Of a stretch of DNA of 64,000 nucleotides, positions 40,815-49,694 are shown piece by piece (within the stretch, counting starts at the first letter, position 1; every line of letters begins with the position of its first letter). The stretch covers positions 12,642 through 76,641 of the forward strand of contig PLLJ01000052.1 of NCBI GenBank assembly GCA_003140935.1. Reading direction: 5' to 3'. The translations under genes and the position numbers were made by a program. Below the pieces are notes generated by a model, which saw only the letters and a program-made list of their open reading frames with translations, was not told where the DNA came from and made no database searches. Source of the DNA: Candidatus Omnitrophota bacterium (GTDB lineage: Bacteria; Omnitrophota; Omnitrophia; Omnitrophales; Aquincolibacteriaceae).

Positions 40815-41353
40815 TGAAAACCAAAGGTTTGGTCCAGGTTTATACGGGCAACGGCAAAGGGAAGACGACCGCCGCGCTTGGCGTGGCGCTGCGGATCTTG
40901 GGACATGGCGGGCGGGTCGGGGTGGTCCAATTTTTCAAATATCCCGTCCGAAGCAAGGCTTTGGATAAAGAGGGCGCGTTCCGCGCTTTGAAAAAATTCT
41001 CGGGCCGGTTCCGCGTTTGGAGTTTTGGCGGAGGATTTACCTGGCGGGTGGCGCGTGAGGAGAATGCCAAAGCCGTCCAGAAGGCATGGAAGAAGTGCTG
41101 TGAACTCTTGCGGGACTCGAAATATGATCTCGTCATTCTCGATGAGATCCATATCGCCCTCCGGTACCAATTCCTCAAAGTCTCCGATGTGGTCAAGGCG
41201 CTTAAGCGTAAGCGGTTCAGTCAACACGTGATCCTGACCGGCAGAGGCGCGCCTCAGGCGGTCATTCGCCTAGCGGACCTTGTCACCGAGATGAAATGTG
41301 TGAAACATCCCTTCCATCGCGGCATTCTCGCCCAACAAGGGATTGAGTTTTAA
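40814..41353 (+). CDS. cobO: cob(I)yrinic acid a,c-diamide adenosyltransferase (CobO/BtuR)
   Basis: YTGNGKGKTTAA, LVILDEI, ILTGR, ADLVTEM..VKHP and GIEF. Confidence 0.95.
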   Translation: MKTKGLVQVYTGNGKGKTTAALGVALRILGHGGRVGVVQFFKYPVRSKALDKEGAFRALKKFSGRFRVWSFGGGFTWRVAREENAKAVQKAWKKCCELLRDSKYDLVILDEIHIALRYQFLKVSDVVKALKRKRFSQHVILTGRGAPQAVIRLADLVTEMKCVKHPFHRGILAQQGIEF

Positions 41354-41489
41354 GAAAACCGGGTTCCCGGACTCCGCCATAGCTGTCTTTTTCCCGCTCT
41401 GATTTTGACGTCAGTTTGGTGTATAATGGAACCTTCGAGTAGTGAGCCTGGAACATTGTTAAGGCATAACCTTTAAACAGCAAAGAGGT

Positions 41490-41900
41490 ATGGCCATGAT
41501 CCAGAGCGTGAAGTTGGGAAAAGAGTTCGTGGTGGTTTCAGAGAACAAGGTCGGCGTGCTTTCCAAAGTAGCGGCGTTATTGGCAGATCGCGGGATCGAC
41601 ATCGTGGCTATTTCAGCACAGGCGGCTGGCGGTGTGGCGCTGATGAATTTTGTAACGGACGACGCACTACGCACGAGAGAGATTCTAGCCAAGAAGGGGC
41701 TTAAAGCTCAAGAGAATGCGGTGTTGTTGGTGGAGGCTGCGGACAGGCCGGGAGTTTTAATGCGGATCACCCGAAAACTCGCGGCACAAAAGATCGATGT
41801 TCTAAACATCTATGCAAGCGCGCCGGCATCTTACGGGCCGTGTACTCTCGTTATCGCGACTAATAACAACCAAAAAGCGCTCGTCACTCTGAAACGATAA
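41490..41900 (+). CDS. tandem ACT-domain protein
   Basis: ENKVGVL...GIDIVAI and DRPGVL...IDVLNIY. Confidence 0.85.
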   Translation: MAMIQSVKLGKEFVVVSENKVGVLSKVAALLADRGIDIVAISAQAAGGVALMNFVTDDALRTREILAKKGLKAQENAVLLVEAADRPGVLMRITRKLAAQKIDVLNIYASAPASYGPCTLVIATNNNQKALVTLKR

Positions 41901-41968
41901 TCCAACAACCGAATCCTCGATGATAATAGGAATAGCGTTCGGGGATTCTTTTATTTTTAAAAGGTATT

Positions 41969-42574
41969 ATGGAAAAATATACAGATCTCAGTCTCGAAAC
42001 TTATCTGGAAAAACTCGCAAGTGACGCACCCGTTCCAGGTGGGGGCAGTGTTTCGGCCTATACCGGGGCTTTGGGCATGGCCCTGACGCAAATGGTGGCG
42101 CGCATCGCACTCAGGCGAAAACCCAAGGCCGATCTTGCGCCGGAACAGAAATTCCAGGACGAGGCCAATCGTCAGCGTATGCGGGAAATCGTCAATTCTC
42201 TGGAAAAAACCCGGAAGGATGCGCTCCAGGTGGTGTCGCTTGATCCGAAGGTCTACGATGAGGTGATGGCTTGCTATAGAGAAGGTGCGGGGCCCGAGAA
42301 ACTGGAAGACGCGCTCCAGAACGCATTCCGCTTGCAGGCGGATCTCGCGCTGATCCTTGTGATGGCAAAAGAATGGAACGAGCACATGAAAACCCTCGTC
42401 AAGGGCGCAGTCGCCAACGATCTGATCGTAAGCAACGGCCTTTTGACTGCTGCGTTCGAAGGGGCTTTTCATACCGCGCAGATCAATGTGGTCTATATGA
42501 AGAACAAAGAGCGGAAAGAGCGCGCCGAGAAGGCCTTGGCGGAACTTCGCGGTCGCTTCACAAAAGGGAGCTGA
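41969..42574 (+). CDS. fchA: cyclodeaminase/cyclohydrolase family protein (FchA-like methenyl-THF cyclohydrolase)
   Basis: LASDAPVPGGGS..A..GALG.AL..MVA and AFHTAQIN. Adjacent to folD. Confidence 0.8.
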   Translation: MEKYTDLSLETYLEKLASDAPVPGGGSVSAYTGALGMALTQMVARIALRRKPKADLAPEQKFQDEANRQRMREIVNSLEKTRKDALQVVSLDPKVYDEVMACYREGAGPEKLEDALQNAFRLQADLALILVMAKEWNEHMKTLVKGAVANDLIVSNGLLTAAFEGAFHTAQINVVYMKNKERKERAEKALAELRGRFTKGS

Positions 42575-42578
42575 AAAA

Positions 42579-43436
42579 GTGGAAGCGAAAAGGCTTGAAG
42601 GGAAAGTGATCGCGGCGGAACTGCAGGAGAAGATTGTCGAGAAGATAAAATCTTTTATCGGCGCGGGACTTTCCGAGCCGTCTTTGGTTGCGATCCAGAC
42701 CAGCGAAGACCCATCGGCGGTATGGTATATCAACAGTCAGGAAAAACTGGCCGGCAAGCTTGGTATTCATTTCAAACGCATGATGCCGGATCAAGTGAAG
42801 GGCGAAAAGGCTTTGCTCCAGCAGATCCAGGAGATCAACGCTGATAAAACGGTCCATGGGCTTTTCATTTCCATGCCACTTCCTGCGGGGATCGACTCCG
42901 ACAAAGTTTTGCTTGCCATGGATCCGAAGAAGGATGTCGAAGGTGTTCATCCCACCAGCCTTGGACTGATCGTTTTACGGCGCGGAAAATTGATACCGCC
43001 CACGGCGCTCGCAGCCTATAGATTGATTAAAGCAAGTGGTGTCATGCTGCGCGGCAAAAAGGCGGCGATCATCGGTCAAAGTGCGATCGTGGGACGTCCG
43101 CTTCAGCTCCTGCTAGGCGAGGCCCGAGTGACGACGCTTGTTTGCAATACCGGGACGGGCGAAGAGGATATGAAAAAGATCGTGGGTGCAAGCGATATCG
43201 TCGTGGCCTGTTCGGGGAAGCCCGGTCTTGTGAAGGGCGCCTGGATCAAACAAGGCGCGGTTGTGATCGATGTCGGGACCACGGAAGTCGACGGAAAGCT
43301 TCAAGGGGATGTCGAATTCGACGAGGCAGTCAAAAAAGCCAGTTTTATCACGCCGGTCCCGGGAGGTGTGGGGCCGCTTACCGTGACCATGCTCATGGAA
43401 AATCTCATCACGGCGTATGAGTGGCAGATGAAATAA
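42579..43436 (+). CDS. folD: methylene-THF dehydrogenase (FolD family)
   Basis: KDVEG.HP, SAIVGRP, GAVVIDVG, GDVEF and TPVPGGVGPLT. Confidence 0.93.
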   Translation: MEAKRLEGKVIAAELQEKIVEKIKSFIGAGLSEPSLVAIQTSEDPSAVWYINSQEKLAGKLGIHFKRMMPDQVKGEKALLQQIQEINADKTVHGLFISMPLPAGIDSDKVLLAMDPKKDVEGVHPTSLGLIVLRRGKLIPPTALAAYRLIKASGVMLRGKKAAIIGQSAIVGRPLQLLLGEARVTTLVCNTGTGEEDMKKIVGASDIVVACSGKPGLVKGAWIKQGAVVIDVGTTEVDGKLQGDVEFDEAVKKASFITPVPGGVGPLTVTMLMENLITAYEWQMK

Positions 43437-43515
43437 AAAAGAAACACGAGATCCGGGACACGTACAAATAAAGGATTCCGTTGAAATTTCGTGGAACTTG
43501 TCCCGGGGGGGAATT

Positions 43516-44307
43516 ATGAAACACACATCCCAGACCATCTATTCAAAAAAGCAAGCCGGCGAGCGTATCGTCTCGCTTAGCCTCTACGATTATCCAAGCG
43601 CGAGGATCGCGGACGGGGCGGGCGTGGATGTTATCATGGTCGGCGATTCGGTCGGCATGGTGCTTCTGGGCCATGAAAATACGCTTGGTATGACGATCGA
43701 ACACATGCTTTATCACACGGCGGCGGTTGCCAAGGCCGTGAAGCACGCGCTTGTCGTTGCGGACATGCCGATCCATTCCTATAACGATCCCGAAAAGGCG
43801 CTTACCAATGCGCAGCGTCTGCTTCGGGAAGCGGGAGCCGATGCCGTGAAACTCGAGGGGGGCGTGAAGATCCAGGCTCAGATCAAAAAGCTTGTGACGG
43901 AAGGCATTCCGGTGATGGGGCATGTCGGGATGCTTCCGCAAAGCGTCGGAGACGGAAAATACCGTGTTTACGGCAAAGATCCGGACGAAGCGACCCTGAT
44001 CCTTGAGGACGCAAAACTGCTGGATGGGATGGGAGTGTTTGCGGTCGTGCTGGAATGCGTGCCGGCAAAACTGGCTGAAGAGATCACCAAAGCCGTGCGA
44101 TGTCCGACAATCGGGATCGGTGCGGGACCCGCGACCGACGGGCAGGTGCTTGTGTTCCATGATCTGTTGGGGATCCGATCGGGAGTGAGCCCTCGTTTTG
44201 TGCGACGTTACGCGGATCTTGAAAAGATCATGAAAAAAGCAGCCGGCGATTACTGCCGTGATGTGCAAAATAAGAAATTTCCCTCCAAGAAAGAAAGTTT
44301 TTTATGA
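43516..44307 (+). CDS. panB: 3-methyl-2-oxobutanoate hydroxymethyltransferase
   Basis: YDY, VGDSVGM, VADMP, VKLEGG, GHVG, IGIGAG and DGQVLV. Confidence 0.96.
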   Translation: MKHTSQTIYSKKQAGERIVSLSLYDYPSARIADGAGVDVIMVGDSVGMVLLGHENTLGMTIEHMLYHTAAVAKAVKHALVVADMPIHSYNDPEKALTNAQRLLREAGADAVKLEGGVKIQAQIKKLVTEGIPVMGHVGMLPQSVGDGKYRVYGKDPDEATLILEDAKLLDGMGVFAVVLECVPAKLAEEITKAVRCPTIGIGAGPATDGQVLVFHDLLGIRSGVSPRFVRRYADLEKIMKKAAGDYCRDVQNKKFPSKKESFL

Positions 44308-45770
44308 AGGGAAAGAGGATCCTGGTCGCGGAAAAAGACGACGCGACAAGGGAACTGATTCTGATGCGTCTTCACTCCCGCCACCACAAGGTTTTTGAGG
44401 CCTCGAAAAGCAGCCAGGTCTTGAGATTTCTGGATCGTGAGGTCCTGGACCTGATCCTGCTTTCAAGCGAAATGGAGCCCGTGGGCGGCAAAATGCTCAT
44501 CCAGGTCATCCGTTCCCGTTCTCATCTTATGTCGGTCCCGGTGATCATGATCACGGAGGAACATAAACTGACAGAACTCATGCTCAGCCATGAAAAAGGT
44601 TTCGACGATTTTTTGATCAAACCCTTCAGCCCGCTCGTGTTGCAACTGCGTGTAAATCTTAATATCGCAAAGACCATGGAACGGGTGGAAGCTAACGCGC
44701 TCACACATCTTCCGGGTAACCACGCTATCGAGAAGATCGTTTCGAAGAAAATCCAAGCAGGGGAAAAATTTTCGGTCCTTTATATCGACATCAATAATTT
44801 CAAAGCCTTCAATGACCATTATAGTTTTCAGAAGGGGGATGAAGCTATTCTTCAGACCGCCCGGATCCTCGTGACGACCAGCCATGCCATGGCAAGAGAC
44901 GGGGAGTGTTTCATCGGGCATATCGGCGGAGACGATTTTGTCGTGGTGCTTTCCACAGAAGTTGAGGAGGTCTTCGCGCGCCAATTCATCGATGATTTTG
45001 ACCGGATCATCCCGACCTATTACAACAAGAAGGACCGGGATGCGGGATTCATTCGCGTGGAGAACCGGCGCGGCAAAATGGAAAATTTCCCGCTCATGTC
45101 CTGCTCGGTCGCCGGTTGCACCAACCTTTACCGGAATTACGCGAACCTCCGCGAGATCGCGGAGGACGCTGGGGAGGTCAAGACGTTCCTCAAGAGTCAG
45201 CCGGGGAGCCATTATCTTCAAGACCGACGTTCGTCTCCGATCAAAAAACTGGATGAGGCAGTCCATATCCTGGAGCCTGAGGTCAAGCCCCCCAAGCCTA
45301 AAAAACACGTGGATCCGCTGGGTCAGGCCCTTGTGAGTACCGGACTGATCACCGAAGATCAGTTGAGCGCGGCCCTCAAGCAGCATCTCCAGACAGGGCA
45401 TCGTCTTGGCCAGACCCTGATCAATATGAATCTTATCTCAAGCCAGGATGTGGGAAAGATGCTTGAAAAGAAACTCAAGGTTCCTTATTTCAGTTTGAAG
45501 GGATGGATCCCGGATCCGGCGATTTTTCATCTTTTTAACGCGGAATTCATTTTTCACCACCGTGTGGTCCCAATCGGGGTTTCTGAAGGCTCGGTGAGAG
45601 TCGCGATGTGCGATCCGTTCGATCTGAGGACCTTGGACGCGATCGAGCGGATCACGGCGCTCAAGCCTGTACCCTATCTTGCCCTGGAGGATGAATTCGA
45701 ACAGTTCCTGGAGCATTTGATCCCGGAGACGGACTCCAAGGTCGAGACGGAGACCCGAAAAATACTGTGA
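44304..45770 (+). CDS. diguanylate cyclase: pseudo-receiver + GGDEF + C-terminal MshEN domain
   Basis: REC-like N-terminus (ILVAE, DDFLIKPF), NALTHLPGN, DINNFKAFND, GGDDF and tandem LGQ.L...G/N.I motifs. Confidence 0.88.
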   Translation: MKGKRILVAEKDDATRELILMRLHSRHHKVFEASKSSQVLRFLDREVLDLILLSSEMEPVGGKMLIQVIRSRSHLMSVPVIMITEEHKLTELMLSHEKGFDDFLIKPFSPLVLQLRVNLNIAKTMERVEANALTHLPGNHAIEKIVSKKIQAGEKFSVLYIDINNFKAFNDHYSFQKGDEAILQTARILVTTSHAMARDGECFIGHIGGDDFVVVLSTEVEEVFARQFIDDFDRIIPTYYNKKDRDAGFIRVENRRGKMENFPLMSCSVAGCTNLYRNYANLREIAEDAGEVKTFLKSQPGSHYLQDRRSSPIKKLDEAVHILEPEVKPPKPKKHVDPLGQALVSTGLITEDQLSAALKQHLQTGHRLGQTLINMNLISSQDVGKMLEKKLKVPYFSLKGWIPDPAIFHLFNAEFIFHHRVVPIGVSEGSVRVAMCDPFDLRTLDAIERITALKPVPYLALEDEFEQFLEHLIPETDSKVETETRKIL

Positions 45771-45828
45771 AGGTTGTAGCCTCTTTAGCCGTTCTTATAA
45801 GGGGTGAAGAACGCCGTATCGAGGGGCT

Positions 45829-46164
45829 ATGGGGATTGAATCCTTTCCAGAGATCGAGAATTTTCAGAAGTTGCCGCGCGAAGTGATCATCAAAGGCGCC
45901 AGCACCCACTTCAACGAGGCTGAAGGCGCGTCTCTTCAAGGCATTGTCATCAACAACATCGGTCATCCCATCAAAGGGATTCGTGCGCAACTGGTGATCT
46001 TTGATAAGAATCAGGTTCCTCTTTTGGGGACCAGTGTTCCGACCGAGCCGGACCACCTGCCGCAGGGCGGGATCGCAAATTTTCAATTTCAGTTGAAGGA
46101 GCATAAGGCAGAAATTAAAAAATATTTTTTGCACGCCAATTGGGGCTTTGACGAAAAGGCCTAG
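45829..46164 (+). CDS. FxLYD-like domain hypothetical protein
   Basis: LQGIVINN...IFDKNQ..LG....L..GG.ANF pattern. Confidence 0.55.
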   Translation: MGIESFPEIENFQKLPREVIIKGASTHFNEAEGASLQGIVINNIGHPIKGIRAQLVIFDKNQVPLLGTSVPTEPDHLPQGGIANFQFQLKEHKAEIKKYFLHANWGFDEKA

Positions 46165-46223
46165 TTCGTTTAAGCTATGGACTGGTCACGAAGGTCTGTA
46201 GCATCTCCCGGAGATGGGCCCCT

Positions 46224-46445
46224 ATGGAAAATTATGTGTGTCCAGTTTGCAAGGAAGAGATAGAACATGATTTGATGGTTTTCCTAAAACATACGGACCA
46301 TCACATTATTGATGTGATCTTGAAAGAACATCCCAACTGGGTGCACGGGGATGGGATCTGCCGGGAATGTTTCGATTATTATAAAAAAAGCGTCGGGCAT
46401 ACGTCTTACATGGATGAACCTGATCAAAGTGGGCTGGAAGGTTAA
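46224..46445 (+). CDS. small Cys/His-rich (zinc-finger-like) protein
   Basis: CPVC...H..HH...H...CREC. Confidence 0.65.
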   Translation: MENYVCPVCKEEIEHDLMVFLKHTDHHIIDVILKEHPNWVHGDGICRECFDYYKKSVGHTSYMDEPDQSGLEG

Positions 46446-46456
46446 GGTATAAGGAA

Positions 46457-46906
46457 ATGCGTAAATTCTTAAGTGGAGTTATTTTATCTTTTTCTCTGGG
46501 CGTTGTTTTTTTGGGAGCAGTTCCGGCGGTTCTGGGTGCGGACGGGCTCGAGCCCGTGGCGCAGTCCAAGGCATTCGAAGAATTTCTTAAAAAACCCGAG
46601 AACGATCTTGCCAAAATGATCTGTATTTTGAATTATTTTGGCGCCGCGCCCATTGTGGTCCGGTACGACGGGATCGATTATACAGCTCAGGCGGCATATC
46701 CTTTCGGGCTGGTGTATTTGATGACGAATTACCGTAACGAAAATCCGGAGGATTGGGCGAGGAAGCATTGCTACCGGTCGCTTTTTGAAAACAACATCAT
46801 TTTTTTTAAGTTCCAGGATGGAAGTTCTCGACCGGCCCGGGATGTGATTTTGGAAAAATACCATGAGCTTGAGGAAGCCCTTCGGGAGCGGGCTTCCCGG
46901 GCCTAA
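46457..46906 (+). CDS. exported DUF5329-like protein
   Basis: Signal peptide and DGIDY.A..A...E.W....C.RS...F.DG pattern. Confidence 0.55.
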   Translation: MRKFLSGVILSFSLGVVFLGAVPAVLGADGLEPVAQSKAFEEFLKKPENDLAKMICILNYFGAAPIVVRYDGIDYTAQAAYPFGLVYLMTNYRNENPEDWARKHCYRSLFENNIIFFKFQDGSSRPARDVILEKYHELEEALRERASRA

Positions 46907-46921
46907 CGGGGAGGTGCTTTG

Positions 46922-47146
46922 ATGGTGAAGGAAATGGATATAAAATCTGTACAGTCGCGCGATCTTGCATTAATCGGTTATGATAACATGACATCGATCC
47001 TGGAAATTGTCTTTCGCGCGGGCGGTGTGTACCGCTACCAGGGGGTGCCTGAAAGCGTTTATCACGGACTCATGACCGCTCCATCGCACGGGATTTTCTT
47101 TCAAAGACATATCAAGACCCAATATGCTTTTGTGAAGGTTAGCTGA
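46922..47146 (+). CDS. KTSC domain protein
   Basis: V.S..L..IGYD....LEIVF..GGVYRY.GVP..VY.GLM.A.S.G.FF...IK. Confidence 0.9.
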   Translation: MVKEMDIKSVQSRDLALIGYDNMTSILEIVFRAGGVYRYQGVPESVYHGLMTAPSHGIFFQRHIKTQYAFVKVS

Positions 47147-47154
47147 TTTGTGCG

Positions 47155-48072
47155 ATGAAAAAGATCCTTTTTTTCGTTTTTCTTTCCCTTATTTCCCCCC
47201 TCTTTTTTCCCAGTCCGATTGTTTGGGCTGAAGACTCGCTCCTCAAGATCCAGGTGTTTCCCGATCAAAATTCCGTTAAAAGCGGGATGATGTTCCTTGT
47301 CCATGTGCAGGTCTCGAACTCGAGTTCCGATACCTCGGCCGAATTTTGGAGCAATAGTTGCTCCTATGAAAAACATTGGGTCACGGACAACGCCGGGGTG
47401 CTCATCCAGTCCTGGACCTGCAACGAGAACACTCTCGAACAAGTTGCGCTTGGACCTGGCGAAACTTATGAAAAAAACATTATCCTCTACATCCCTAAAA
47501 AGGATAAAACCGAACCGGTTACCTTCCGGCTCGGGTTCCAACGCATGAGCGAGGATGGTGATGTTGCGGAGCCTCTTTGGAGTGATCCGATCACGATGAA
47601 TGTTACTGTTCCCGAGGAAATGAAGAAAGCCACGCCGCCTCCCGATGAGAATGCTACTTTCAAGACTCCCGACCAAGCTTCAGTGGCTCCAGTCCCCCAA
47701 AACGATACGCCTTCGACTGCGATGCCCGATTCTGCGGTGCCGATGGGAAACCAGTCCTTGGCGTTTCGGGATCCAGGCGTTCCTATCAAGGTTCCGCCCG
47801 GCGAAGAATTCTCGATCGTTTTGGGCAGTAATCCTTCGACCGGATTTCTCTGGAAAATGACTCTGCCCGAAGAGCAAAGGGAGGTTAAGTTTTTGGGGTC
47901 CGAACATGTCACATCGAAGGAAGCGATGCCGGGTATGCCGGGTGACGATGTTTACAAATTTAAAGCCATGACTCCCGGCGAGACAAAGGCTGATTTTGTC
48001 TACAAGCGGCCTTGGGAAACCAAAACAGCTCCGGCCCGCAAGATCTTTACCATCCTTGTCCAAGAGAATTAA
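47155..48072 (+). CDS. exported protein with C-terminal chagasin (I42) cysteine-protease inhibitor domain
   Basis: Signal peptide and chagasin loops NPSTGFLW, GMPG and YKRPWE. Confidence 0.8.
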   Translation: MKKILFFVFLSLISPLFFPSPIVWAEDSLLKIQVFPDQNSVKSGMMFLVHVQVSNSSSDTSAEFWSNSCSYEKHWVTDNAGVLIQSWTCNENTLEQVALGPGETYEKNIILYIPKKDKTEPVTFRLGFQRMSEDGDVAEPLWSDPITMNVTVPEEMKKATPPPDENATFKTPDQASVAPVPQNDTPSTAMPDSAVPMGNQSLAFRDPGVPIKVPPGEEFSIVLGSNPSTGFLWKMTLPEEQREVKFLGSEHVTSKEAMPGMPGDDVYKFKAMTPGETKADFVYKRPWETKTAPARKIFTILVQEN

Positions 48073-48110
48073 AGATCCATTCATTCCTGTTGCTGGATCC
48101 CACGAATAAA

Positions 48111-48277
48111 CGCCATGATTGTCATTAATCGAAAATTAATTGGAAATTATGACAGTCCAAGTCAACATTCAAAAAAGAAACGCAAGACTTGGGCGCCATG
48201 ATTGTCATAAATAAAAAATAAATTAAAAATCATGACAGCCCAAGTCAACGTTCAAAAAAGAAATCCAAGACCTGGGC
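48111..48277 (+). repeat. imperfect tandem duplication (2 x ~83 bp) covering the hemY promoter and first codons
   Basis: Copy 1 starts CGCCATGATTGTCAT at 48111 and copy 2 at 48194. Both continue ATGACAG.CCAAGTCAAC.TTCAAAAAAGAAA..CAAGAC.TGGGC. Confidence 0.9.
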
Positions 48278-49647
48278 ACCGCGCGGTGATCATCGGGGGT
48301 GGTATTTCCGGCCTAAGCTCCGCTTTCTTCCTTTCCCAAAGAGCTGCAGAGGAGCATTTTCCTCTTAGGGTCACCGTATTCGAAGCCTCGAACCGTTTTG
48401 GCGGGGTGCTTCGTACGCTGACACATGAAGATTTTCGAATGGAAGCCGGAGCGGATGCCTTCTATGGCGGCCAAAATGACACCCTGGACCTTTGTAGTAA
48501 ACTGGGTCTTCAGGAAGATGTGATCGAGTCATCCCCATGCTTTCGGCGTTTTGTGGGCCTGAAAAATAAACAGCTTTATCCTATTCCAGGTCTTTCCGGA
48601 TCATTTTCTGATATCTTTCGTTTTCTTAGTAGCCCTCACCTGAGCTTTTTTGAGAAATGCCGGACGCTTGAGGAGCCGCTCGTTCCGTGCCGGAAGGAGG
48701 GTGGAGATGAAAGCCTCGCGAGTTTCATTCGCCGGCGTCTTGGGCAAGGTTTCTACCAGGCGTTCGTAAAACCCTTGGCGCAGGGCGTTTGCATGATGGA
48801 TCCTGAGCACTTGAGTCTGGAAGCCCTATTCCCAAGGTTGCGCCAAGCCGAGAAGACTTATGGAAGCCTTGCCAGGTCTTTTTTGAACAAAACAAGCTGG
48901 AGAAAAGAAAAGGGTCGGGCGGAATTTCTTACTTTGAGGCAGGGCCTTGAAGGCCTCATCCACGCGCTTGTGCGGGAATTAGGGGAGTGTGAATTGCGGA
49001 AGCTCTCGCCTGTCCGGCAATGTTCTTACAATGAGGGTTGGGAGATATCGATGGAGGACGGCACCGTATTGCGCGCAGATATCTTGGGACTTGCCATGAA
49101 TGCCTGCGATGCCTCAAACTTGCTATTTGAGGCTGCTCCCGGACTTTCCCGGGAACTTTCGGCCATACGGTACGATTCGATCGCGACGGTGAATCTTATT
49201 TACAAGGTCGAGGATGTGCCGGCTCAGGGCCTGGATTTCGGGTTCCTGGTGCCTATGGGCGGTGAGCGATGTCCTTTTTCAAGTCTTAAATGGTTCGGCA
49301 AGACCTCGGATGGAAAATATCTTTTGATGCGCGCATTTCTGTCTGAAACAATGCTTCCCGGGATCTTTCATGAGAGTGACGAAATGCTCAAACAAAGGAT
49401 GCGGATTTTTTTGAGCGATTTTTTTGATGTTCGGGCCAAGCCGTTATTCACCGATATTGAACGCTACCCCAGCGCATTGCCTCAATATGAGACGGGACAT
49501 TTTGAACGCGTGGAGCGGATCGAAAAAACGGCTCTTCAATATCCGGGCCTTTTTTTCACGGGAAACGGATTTCGCGGATTTGGTATCACGGATTGTATTC
49601 ACCAGGCCAGAATTTCTGTTTCCGGCCTCCAGTTCCCGCTCTTCTAA
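48232..49647 (+). CDS. hemY: HemY-like FAD-dependent proto/coproporphyrinogen oxidase
   Basis: IIGGGISGL, EAGADAF, DESLASFIRRRLG, LPQYETGH and GNGFRGFGITDCI. Confidence 0.75.
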   Translation: MTAQVNVQKRNPRPGHRAVIIGGGISGLSSAFFLSQRAAEEHFPLRVTVFEASNRFGGVLRTLTHEDFRMEAGADAFYGGQNDTLDLCSKLGLQEDVIESSPCFRRFVGLKNKQLYPIPGLSGSFSDIFRFLSSPHLSFFEKCRTLEEPLVPCRKEGGDESLASFIRRRLGQGFYQAFVKPLAQGVCMMDPEHLSLEALFPRLRQAEKTYGSLARSFLNKTSWRKEKGRAEFLTLRQGLEGLIHALVRELGECELRKLSPVRQCSYNEGWEISMEDGTVLRADILGLAMNACDASNLLFEAAPGLSRELSAIRYDSIATVNLIYKVEDVPAQGLDFGFLVPMGGERCPFSSLKWFGKTSDGKYLLMRAFLSETMLPGIFHESDEMLKQRMRIFLSDFFDVRAKPLFTDIERYPSALPQYETGHFERVERIEKTALQYPGLFFTGNGFRGFGITDCIHQARISVSGLQFPLF

Positions 49648-49694
49648 AAACCATTCCTAGTAGTCCCTCTCAAGATAGGGTATAATAAATCCCC

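Noticed and set aside
44463-45401. 312-aa minus-strand ORF
   Set aside because: Antisense shadow of the GGDEF gene.
48111-48277. CRISPR array or IS terminal repeats
   Set aside because: Only two adjacent, diverged ~83-bp copies with no spacers, cas genes or transposase.
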